A stretch of 64,000 nucleotides of DNA, taken from Chloropicon primus (lineage: Eukaryota). This document shows positions 1 to 8,364 of this stretch, piece by piece; the first letter of the stretch is position 1, and each line of letters starts with the position of its first letter. Where the stretch lies: the NCBI GenBank assembly GCA_023205875.1, contig CP060758.1, positions 1 through 64,000 on the forward strand. The letters are read 5' to 3'. The notes beneath the pieces were generated by a model. That model saw only the letters and a program-made list of their open reading frames with translations. It had not been told where the DNA came from and ran no database searches. The position numbers and the translations under genes are program-made.

Positions 1-595
1 AAACCTAAAACCTAAAAAACCTAAAACCTAAAACCTAAAACCTAAAACCTAAAACCTAAAACCTAAAAACCTAAAACCTAAAACCTAAACCTAAAACCTA
101 AAACCTAAAACCTAAAAACCTAAAACCTAAAACCTAAAACCTAAAACCTAAAACCTAAAAACCTAAAACCTAAAACCTAAAAACCTAAAACCTAAAACCT
201 AAAACCTAAAACCTAAAACCTAAAACCTAAAACCTAAAACCTAAAACCTAAAACCTAAAACCTAAAACCTAAAACCTAAAACCTAAAACCTAAAACCTAA
301 AACCTAAAACCTAAAACCTAAAACCTAAAACCTAAAACCTAAAACCTAAAACCTAAAACCTAAAACCTAAAACCTAAAACCTAAAACCTAAAACCTAAAA
401 CCTAAAACCTAAAACCTAAAACCTAAAACCTAAAACCTAAAACCTAAAACCTAAAACCTAAAACCTAAAACCTAAAACCTAAAACCTAAAACCTAAAACC
501 TAAAACCTAAAACCTAAAACCTAAAACCTAAAACCTAAAACCTAAAACCTAAAACCTAAAACCTAAAACCTAAAACCTAAAACCTAAAACCTAAA
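1..595. repeat. Telomere, (CCTAAAA)n = TTTTAGG on the opposite strand
   Basis: Continuous 7-bp tandem array from base 1, with a few CCTAAAAA/CCTAAA variants in the first ~190 nt. Confidence 0.98.
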
Positions 596-650
596 CCAAC
601 CTAACAACCTAACAACCTAACAACCTACAAACCTACAAGCCTAAACCTAA
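596..650. repeat. Degenerate proximal telomere repeats
   Basis: CCTAACAA x3, CCTACAAA, CCTACAAG, CCTAAA between the pure array and the subtelomere. Confidence 0.85.
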
Positions 651-1150
651 GGAAGGACGACCTGGCCAAGGAAAGGAGCCGGAGAACAAAAGAAGCCTAA
701 GAGAAAGACACCGTTTCATCATCCAATATTTCCGTGGTGCCTCCGAGTCACCTCGTTTCCTAAAGCCTTGGGAGTCCGAAAACCTAACGCCTAAAAGGCC
801 CTCTCGTGGGTCCGAAGTGCCTTGAGTAGGGTTTGCCCGAGGAAGGAAGGAAGGACGACCTGGCCAAGGAAAGGAGCCGGAGAACAAAAGAAGCCTAAGA
901 GAAAGACACCGTTGCATCATCCAAGCTTGCCGTGGTGCCTCCGAGTCACCGCGTTTCCTAAAGCCTTGGGAGTCCCAAAACCTAACACCTAAAAGGCCCT
1001 CTCGTGGGTCCGAAGTGTCTTGAGTAGGGTTTGCCCGAGGAAGAAAGGAAGGACGACTTGGCCAAGGAAAGGAGCCGGGGAACAAAAGAAGCCTAAGAGA
1101 AAGACACCGTTGCATCATCCAAGCTTTCCGTGGTGCATCCAAGCCACCGC
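651..1150. repeat. Subtelomeric tandem repeat, 198-bp unit, about 2.5 copies
   Basis: GGAAGGACGAC(C/T)TGGCCAAGGAAAGGAGCCGG starts at 651, 849 and 1047; copies differ by scattered substitutions. Confidence 0.93.
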
Positions 1151-1810
1151 ATGTTTTCCTTCTGGTTTAGGTCTTAAGTGTGATCTGGGTTTTAGTCGGC
1201 CCTAAACCAGGTCGCATAAGACGACGGATTCCAGCAGAAGAGTGGATCAGGGTAAGGTTTACGATTGGACCTCGTTATTCTCTGGTGCCCTAGATTGCAC
1301 TCCAGCCGGAACAAGTCTCTCCATCACGGACTCCATTCACATAACATCATCATCATCCATGGAGGTCTGTGGTTTGGGTTTTTGTGGTCCGACAGATCGA
1401 CCTCTACAGGTTCAAGGACGACGGGAAGATACACGATATTAAAGGAGTATCCAAATATAAAATACAAACCCCTTCTGACAAAGTTTCACAACCATCGGAC
1501 ACGAACTGGATCCGTCACTCCACTATTCGTACCGAAAAGTAGGCCCAAAATGGACAATAATAGCAACATCTCCACGGAGGCGGACGGCGGGGGGCAAGTG
1601 CCAGAAGAAGAAGAAGGAAGGGAAGCGACGGCGCGGCGAGCAAAGAGACCAGAGAGAGAGACAGAGCGGGTATCTTTGTAAGGAAACGCTTTCTTTCTTT
1701 CTTTCGTCTGGTCTGGGTGCGGGACGCTCAAGGTTTGAAAACAAGAGCTCAAGGGGGGAAGAGAGAGAATCCAGCCAGCCTACCAACACGCCCACGAGCG
1801 AACCGGAACC

Positions 1811-2587
1811 ATGGACAACGTGGGTTCTGTCATGACAAAGTGGGTGGCCCCACTGTTTGGGGTCATCATGGCGAATATCATGTTCGCGACGCCGATGAGT
1901 GCGGTGCTGAAGGCGAGGAAGGACGAGAGCCTTGGGACGTTGAACCCCATCCCTTGGCCGGCCATCACGGGGAACTGCATCGCTTGGATCGGGTACAGCT
2001 ACTTCAAGGGGGACTGGTTCGTGTTCTGCGCCAACCAGCCGGGTTTCCTCATGGGGATGTTCTACTCCCTCACCGCGGTGGGGCTGGCGCCGAGGAAGAC
2101 GAGGGACCAGCTGATCACGATATTTTTGCTGCTGTCCTTGGTGCTGCCCAGCTCCGGGGTCGTGCTCTCCGTGGCGCTCGGGGACTCCGTGTCGCACAAG
2201 AAGAAGACTTTCATTTGGGGGCTCCTGTGCAACTTGATCCTGGTGATCTACTACTCGGCTCCGCTGAGCACGCTTGTCCACGTGGTGAGAACGAAGTCGG
2301 CCTCCTCCCTGCACTGGCCATCGTGCTTGATGAACTTCTGCAACAGCACCTGCTGGATCGCTTACGGCGCGGCCATCCAGGACTACTTCATCTTGAGTCC
2401 AAACGCCGCGGGTATGGTCCTTTCTCTCATCCAGTTGGCTTTGATCTTGGTCTACAAGGGCGGGGACGAGGGTGGCAAGACGTTCTTTATGTCAAACGAC
2501 GCAGACCAGGGGGCCCAGGACAACGAGGCGGTCGCCCGGACCAACTCCAAGGAGAGGTTGTTCGACTCCAGCAAGCCCTCGGTGTGA
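1811..2587 (+). CDS. SWEET: SWEET (MtN3/saliva) sugar transporter
   Basis: 258 aa, about 7 TM; two MtN3 repeats (MFATPM..LNPIPW..NCIAWIGY; YYSAPLSTL..VRTKSASSL..WIAYG..PN). Confidence 0.92.
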   Translation: MDNVGSVMTKWVAPLFGVIMANIMFATPMSAVLKARKDESLGTLNPIPWPAITGNCIAWIGYSYFKGDWFVFCANQPGFLMGMFYSLTAVGLAPRKTRDQLITIFLLLSLVLPSSGVVLSVALGDSVSHKKKTFIWGLLCNLILVIYYSAPLSTLVHVVRTKSASSLHWPSCLMNFCNSTCWIAYGAAIQDYFILSPNAAGMVLSLIQLALILVYKGGDEGGKTFFMSNDADQGAQDNEAVARTNSKERLFDSSKPSV

Positions 2588-3011
2588 TTCTGTCGAGCGA
2601 GGGAGGCAAGGACGGGCCACCCGCGGTTCCAACTCTCGTTCGAAGCGAAAATATTGTACTTTGGTTGACCTAAACCCCACCCCCACCCCCCGAGCGAGCG
2701 CATACTGGTGTGGACCTCCGCTCGGCGTCACGTCACGCACGTATCTACCTCTGTCTCTGTCTCTGTCTCTGTCTCGGTGGTTGGTTTGTATTACTAGTTT
2801 TCTTCTATTCTTTATTTTTTGTCTTGGTCTTGGTCTTGGTCTTGGTCTTTGTGTTGTGTTATGTCTCCTCCTCCTGGTGTGGTTGTGTCCTCCTCCTGTC
2901 CTCCTCATTCAGCTCAGCGAGGCCAGGAGGAGGACACACCAGCCACCAGCACCAGGAGGAGGAGGACGACCACGAGGACGACCACGAGGAGGAGGAGGAG
3001 GACGGTTGTGG

Positions 3012-3959
3012 ATGGGGAAGGACGCGACCGAGGCCACCGGGGGCGAGATGACTGCTCGTGGTGCGGCGACCTCGGGCCCCGGGGACCCACCGAACACAAC
3101 CACGAGCAGGGGAGGTGGAGGGGGAGGGGTGGGATTGGACAAGGACAGGGACTCTGGAAAGGGTGCGGAGGCTCTTCTGAGGGAGTTCATGCTGGACGTG
3201 AGCGATGCCCGTCGGACGGCGGAGTGCGACCGGGTCCTCGGGTGCTTCAAGCTCAACCCTTACGAGATTTTGAGTCTGTGGAAGCAGGACCTTGCGACCA
3301 GCAGCGAGATCAGGAGACAGTTCCGCCAGGTCAGTCTTCTCGTCCACCCGGACAAGTGCAAGCACAAGGACGCCAAGGCGGCGTTCGAGCTGGTCCAGAA
3401 GGCTTACAAGGACCTGTGCGACGAGGAGGCGAAAAGGGAGGCAGACGCCACCATAAGGCACGCCAGGTTGGAGCTCAGGAAGGAGAGGAGGAAACTCACC
3501 TCCAAGGATAATGCTTACCTCGCTGCTGCGGCCTTGCGGACGGCGACGACGGCGGCAGCAGCAGGAAAGGCCAAGGAGGGTGAGGGCGCCGCGCCCGGCG
3601 GGGACAACGAGGCCAAGGAAGGAGCCGAGAAGCCTGGAGCCGAGGCCGGGGAGGGGGAGGGGAGGACCGTTCCGGTGGGTGTCGCCCAGCTGGAGGCGGA
3701 GTACGAGGCCAGCGAGGGGTTCCAGAAGCAGCTTCGATTGAAGGCCCAGGAGCTGATGACCCAGCTGGAGTGGAGGAGGAGGCAGCTCGGCAAGAGGCTC
3801 AAGGGGGAGAAGGAGCGGGTGGACAAAGAGGCGGAGAACTTCAAGGCAGAGATGAAGAAGAAGGCAAAGGAAAAGAACACTTGGGAGAAGGGGAGGGAGA
3901 AGAGAGCCTCGAACTGGAGGGACTTCATGCAGAAGAAGAAGAAGAAGCGGAAGGTCTGA
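3012..3959 (+). CDS. DNAJC8/SPF31-like J-domain protein
   Basis: VLGCFKLNPYEIL, SLLVHPDK J-domain, C-terminal WEKGREKRASNWRDF; ATG at 3012. Confidence 0.85.
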   Translation: MGKDATEATGGEMTARGAATSGPGDPPNTTTSRGGGGGGVGLDKDRDSGKGAEALLREFMLDVSDARRTAECDRVLGCFKLNPYEILSLWKQDLATSSEIRRQFRQVSLLVHPDKCKHKDAKAAFELVQKAYKDLCDEEAKREADATIRHARLELRKERRKLTSKDNAYLAAAALRTATTAAAAGKAKEGEGAAPGGDNEAKEGAEKPGAEAGEGEGRTVPVGVAQLEAEYEASEGFQKQLRLKAQELMTQLEWRRRQLGKRLKGEKERVDKEAENFKAEMKKKAKEKNTWEKGREKRASNWRDFMQKKKKKRKV

Positions 3960-4119
3960 CGAGGATCCATTCTTTCGAGGCGCGGACAGGGAGAGGAAGG
4001 AAACGATCATCTGGGACGAAGAATCAGCACTGTACTACAATCTGGCCCCCGGGCCTTGACCCATGCCACGCTCCCAGAATCCACCAAAGGTAAAGCAACG
4101 ATTTATGCGATCCATTACG

Positions 4120-4350
4120 CATTTTACACAAACCAAAGCCCATGCCGTGTAAGCAGCTCCGTTGTGCTTGGACTGGTCCATGCGTTCCTCCTGAAACCTA
4201 ACCACACCCCCGATGAGTCCGAGGACGACGGCGGCCCACGGCTCAGTCACGTTGCAGCCCGCGGTGATGCTGTTGAACAGTTGTCGGTGTTGTTGGTGTT
4301 GTTGTGTCGCCCTCGTCCCGGTGGCGGTCCTGATCCTTGTGTTTTGTCTT
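4120..4350 (-). pseudogene. Collapsed inverted fragment of an ammonium transporter gene
   Basis: 4201-4272 is the reverse complement of AMT 5895-5966 (71/72 identical); the adjacent minus-strand sequence encodes EERMDQSKHNGAAY, resembling the AMT C-terminus EEKGMDESKHGGKAY. Confidence 0.75.
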
Positions 4351-5043
4351 ATCTTGTCCAGGGAATGGCGTGGTGTTCCGTTTCCCTCTGTTTTCCTTTG
4401 TAATCCCATCATACGGAGTTTTCGTTTTAAGGCCCTAAAAAGATGACGCATCCAAAGCACGCTCAACAAGCTACACAAAAACAAGAAAGGACTGGACCTT
4501 GGCCTTGACCTTGGCCTTGGGACTCTCAAAAAGCAACCATCCATCCATCCATCCATCCACCGAAAACACGCAACGAGAACTATACGGTCGGTTCGGAGCC
4601 GGGTACCTCAGGTTGTCCGTTTGTAGGTTCCTCGTTGTCCCTTGTGTGTGTGTTCGGCGCCTCCGTTCCCTCCCGTGTGTCTGTCCCTTGTGTGTTGATC
4701 TTTCCTTCCTGTGTGTCCTGTGCTCCACTCCCTTCGTTCCTCGTGTCATGTGTCCAGTCCTGTAGGAATGGTCTTGCTGCCCCCCCCCCTCCCCTCCCCT
4801 CTCCTGGTGGGCGCTTGAGAGCCACAGATTCACGACATCACGTGATGTGACGACGCGGCGCGGCGACAAACACAGCAGCAACAAACAACACCAACGATAC
4901 TGCAAGATACGTCAGGAACAACAAACACAAGACGGGATCTTGGAGGCGTAATACACACCGGCCATATCTTAAACCCCACTCCACTTCATCTTCATCAACA
5001 AAAAACAAAAACAAACCACGCCACACACGCCATCCACGCCACC

Positions 5044-6306
5044 ATGAGACACTTGCTGCAGGAGGACACCACTGCGGCCGACTGCTTCTGGCTCTTTTTC
5101 GGGGGCTGCCTCGTGTTCTTCATGCAGGCGGGCTTCGCGCTTCTGGAGGCCGGGAGCATCAGGGCCAAGAACGTCAAGAACATACTCATCAAGAATTGCT
5201 TGGATGCTTGTATTGGAGCGATGTTGTGGTGGTTCTGCGGGTACAGCTTCGCCTTCGGGGTCGAGGGAGACTCGCCCAACAAGTTCATCGGGGGGAAGGA
5301 CTTCTTCTCCGCACTCGACAAGCCGGACAACACCACCTACTACGCCTTCTGGTTCTTCCAGTGGGCTTTCGCGGCCACGGCTGCCACAATCGTCAGCGGA
5401 GCTGTCGCGGAGCGCTGCGCTTTGACCGGGTACGCGGCCTACACCTGCTTCATCACCGCCTTTGTGTACCCAGTCGTCGTGCACTGGACCTGGAGCAGCG
5501 AGGGGTGGCTGACTGACGGAGACATCGGACCAGGATTCTTGGACTTTGCCGGGAGCGGCGTCGTTCACATGACAGGAGGCGGGGCCGCCCTCGTGGGAGC
5601 CTACTTCCTCGGACCCCGCATCGGAAAGTTTGGCGCGGACGGAAAGCCCGTGGATATCCCGGGCCACTCCTCCACCCTCCAGTGCCTCGGCACCTTCATC
5701 CTCTGGTTCGGCTGGTACGGTTTCAACTGCTGCTCCACCGGCGCTTGGGGCGACATGGCCCTGGCCACAAAGTGCGCCGTGACCACCACCATGGCCGCCG
5801 CTTCTGGCGGAATCTCCGCCTTGATGATGGAGGTCATCATGGGAAACTCCGCCGACTTGCCTCCTATCCTGAACGGGATCTTGGCCGGACTCGTCAGCAT
5901 CACCGCGGGCTGCAACGTGACTGAGCCGTGGGCCGCCGTCGTCCTCGGACTCATCGGCGGTGTGGTGTACACCTTCGCTTGCAAGCTTCTCCTCAAGCTC
6001 CAGATTGACGATCCTCTGAGCGCTGCCCCTGTCCACTTCTTCTGCGGTGCCTGGGGCTGCATCGGAACTGGACTCTTCGCTTCCAAGAGGTACAACGGCC
6101 TTCTCACGGGCGGCTCGACGGGAGGAAAGCAGCTTGGCATGCAGTGCCTCGGCGTGCTGGCCATTGCGGCTTGGACCTGCATCGTTTCCGGAATTCTCTT
6201 CTACGTGCTCAAGCTTGTCGGAAAGTTTCGCGTCAGCATCGAAGTGGAGGAGAAGGGAATGGATGAATCCAAGCACGGTGGAAAGGCTTACGAGCTGAGT
6301 GACTAA
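5044..6306 (+). CDS. AMT: Ammonium transporter (Amt family, AMT1-like)
   Basis: FFMQAGFALLEAG, FQWAFAATAATIVSGAVAER, DFAGSGVVH, LWFGWYGFN, DDPLSAAPVH motifs. Confidence 0.96.
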   Translation: MRHLLQEDTTAADCFWLFFGGCLVFFMQAGFALLEAGSIRAKNVKNILIKNCLDACIGAMLWWFCGYSFAFGVEGDSPNKFIGGKDFFSALDKPDNTTYYAFWFFQWAFAATAATIVSGAVAERCALTGYAAYTCFITAFVYPVVVHWTWSSEGWLTDGDIGPGFLDFAGSGVVHMTGGGAALVGAYFLGPRIGKFGADGKPVDIPGHSSTLQCLGTFILWFGWYGFNCCSTGAWGDMALATKCAVTTTMAAASGGISALMMEVIMGNSADLPPILNGILAGLVSITAGCNVTEPWAAVVLGLIGGVVYTFACKLLLKLQIDDPLSAAPVHFFCGAWGCIGTGLFASKRYNGLLTGGSTGGKQLGMQCLGVLAIAAWTCIVSGILFYVLKLVGKFRVSIEVEEKGMDESKHGGKAYELSD

Positions 6307-6395
6307 GGCGTCAGGTGTACAGCAATAAGCCACCAATTTGCGATTCGGTCAACACCTCAAGAAATTAATTTAACTGTGACATTAGCTACTACTAC

Positions 6396-7883
6396 CTATA
6401 GCATGGCGGAGTAGTCCCTGATGGCGTGGCCGTCGCCATTCACTCCCAATACGAAGTTTCTCAGAACCTGTTCTTCCTTGCTCCTCTGCTTTGGTTGCTC
6501 GAGTCCGTGCTTACTCCACATGGCGCAGGCCTCCTCGTATGAGATTGGGTTGAGACTGACGTGGGAGACGTCCCCAGTCTCAGGTATTTTCACGGTCTTT
6601 CTCACGGGCACGGTCGCCGAAGAAGCAGCCACGACCACGCCCCTCTTGACCTCGGGCCTCTCCAGCCATCGGAAAGCGCAGACCAACTTCAGGTCGTGTG
6701 GCGACAGGGGCCGGTCGGAGTAATCAGTGTACCCCGTCTCGCCGAAGAGGGCGTTGTAGTCGTCCGCGCAGACCATGAAGGGGTACTTGTCCTGGGACGC
6801 CAGCCCCGTGAGGAGGTCAACCAATTTTTGCGTGCTATCCTCCTCGGCCTGCTGGTCCCCCCCGTCGCCTTGGGCGGCCTCCGAGTCCGCTCCCTCTGCC
6901 AACAGGAGGTGCTTCAGGCCCAGCTCTTCCAGCTGGGCCCCGTGGGCCGTGCCAATGTTTTGCAGGATCTCCACCGCTACGTCGGGGTTCTCCCACAGGC
7001 CCGTCTGTTCGTCTAGCCTGAACCTGCCGCCCTGCACGACCCTGGTGGCGGAGGGCAAGTACGCGACAACCCAGCCGTTCAGCCTGGCCACCGCGACGAG
7101 GAGCGCCAGGAGGATGGATTTCCCCGTGCCCTTCCCCCCGTCCACCAAGTACTTCCTGTGCCCCTCCTCTGACAAGACGTCCCTCAGAAAGGAGATCATC
7201 TCGGGCCGACACGTGACCTGAGGCCCCCCAAGAAGCTCCATCCCGAGCCCTTTGGGCAGGCCTTCCGGAAGCAGGCTGCCCTGCTGTCCTCCCTTGCTCC
7301 GCTTCGCCCCTTGGGCAATGTCCTCCAGGTTCAAGGGAGGGTAAGGATTCTTGGCCTTGAAGATCTTGGACTTTGCCCCGGTGGCTCCTTCCACGACCTC
7401 TCCCAGCACATCCTGGAGGGACACGGCGTGGGCCTTCTTCTCCGCCTTCCCTTTCCCCTCCGTGTTCCCCCCCTTGGCCTTCTTCCCGACCGGTGGCTCC
7501 GGCGCCCCCGAGGCCGCGAACCCTCTCGTCAGCCCCAGTCCCTGTCCCTGTCGACGGTGCAGGCTCCTCCCGTCGCTTCTTCGTTTCCCATCCCAAGGCG
7601 AAGGCGAAAGCGAAAGCGAATGAGTCCCCTCCTTGTTCCTCCTGGCCGCCGTGTACCCGAACCTGTTCCTCGCCGCCGCGTCCGGTGTGGGTGTGGGTGT
7701 GGAGCCAAACTCCCTCTGTCCTCCTAGTCCTAGTCCTCCTCCTCCTAGTCCTAGTCCTCGTCGCAGTCCTGTTGGTTGTGCCCGTATCGCCAAGCTCGTC
7801 GTCATTGTGGTTTGTATCGTGTGTATCTCCTGGCGGAGCAAGAGTCTCCTCGTGGTTGTCCAGGATGGTTTGCTCCTCCTCAT
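6396..7883 (-). CDS. DAP3: Mitochondrial ribosomal protein mS29/DAP3
   Basis: P-loop YLVDGGKGTGKS, GWVVAYLPSA, ADDYNALF motif; long Arg/Gly-rich presequence; start uncertain. Confidence 0.75.
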   Translation of the reverse strand: MRRSKPSWTTTRRLLLRQEIHTIQTTMTTSLAIRAQPTGLRRGLGLGGGGLGLGGQREFGSTPTPTPDAAARNRFGYTAARRNKEGTHSLSLSPSPWDGKRRSDGRSLHRRQGQGLGLTRGFAASGAPEPPVGKKAKGGNTEGKGKAEKKAHAVSLQDVLGEVVEGATGAKSKIFKAKNPYPPLNLEDIAQGAKRSKGGQQGSLLPEGLPKGLGMELLGGPQVTCRPEMISFLRDVLSEEGHRKYLVDGGKGTGKSILLALLVAVARLNGWVVAYLPSATRVVQGGRFRLDEQTGLWENPDVAVEILQNIGTAHGAQLEELGLKHLLLAEGADSEAAQGDGGDQQAEEDSTQKLVDLLTGLASQDKYPFMVCADDYNALFGETGYTDYSDRPLSPHDLKLVCAFRWLERPEVKRGVVVAASSATVPVRKTVKIPETGDVSHVSLNPISYEEACAMWSKHGLEQPKQRSKEEQVLRNFVLGVNGDGHAIRDYSAML

Positions 7884-8290
7884 GGCTTTGTTGTGTTCTT
7901 ATTCTATTCTATTCTATTCTAATGTATTGTGTAGTGTAGTGTAGTGTAGTGTTGGTCTCGTCCTCGTCCTCGTCCTCGTCCTCGTGCTTGTTATGGATAT
8001 GGTGGCGGGGTTCCTCCTCTGTTCTCCTGTTCTCCTGTTTCTGTTTTGTCTTCTCTCCCTCAAATCCCCGGAAGCGGAAGCCTTCAGTTCAAACCCACAG
8101 ACACACGACACACACGACAGGAGGACCAGACAAGACAAGACACACGAGGAGACACACGAGGAGACGGACGGACGGACTGGGGCTAGAGGGAACCACGACA
8201 GGGACAACACACAACACACAAAGCTTCTCTTCTCTCCTCTCCTCTCTTTGGGAGTACGATTACAAAACACAGACAGAGGGCAGGGGTGGT

Positions 8291-8364
8291 GAGATGAGAT
8301 GAGATGAGATGAGATGAGATGAGATGAGATGAGATGAGATGAGATGAGATGAGATGAGATGAGA
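8291..8364. repeat. (GAGAT)n microsatellite
   Basis: About 14 perfect pentamer copies ending at the topoisomerase ATG. Confidence 0.9.

Noticed and set aside
633..1142. 169-aa minus-strand ORF with internal repeats
   Set aside because: By-product of the 198-bp (multiple of 3) subtelomeric repeat; no coding signature
651..1150. CRISPR-like array
   Set aside because: Whole units repeat with no unique spacers; eukaryotic context and no cas genes
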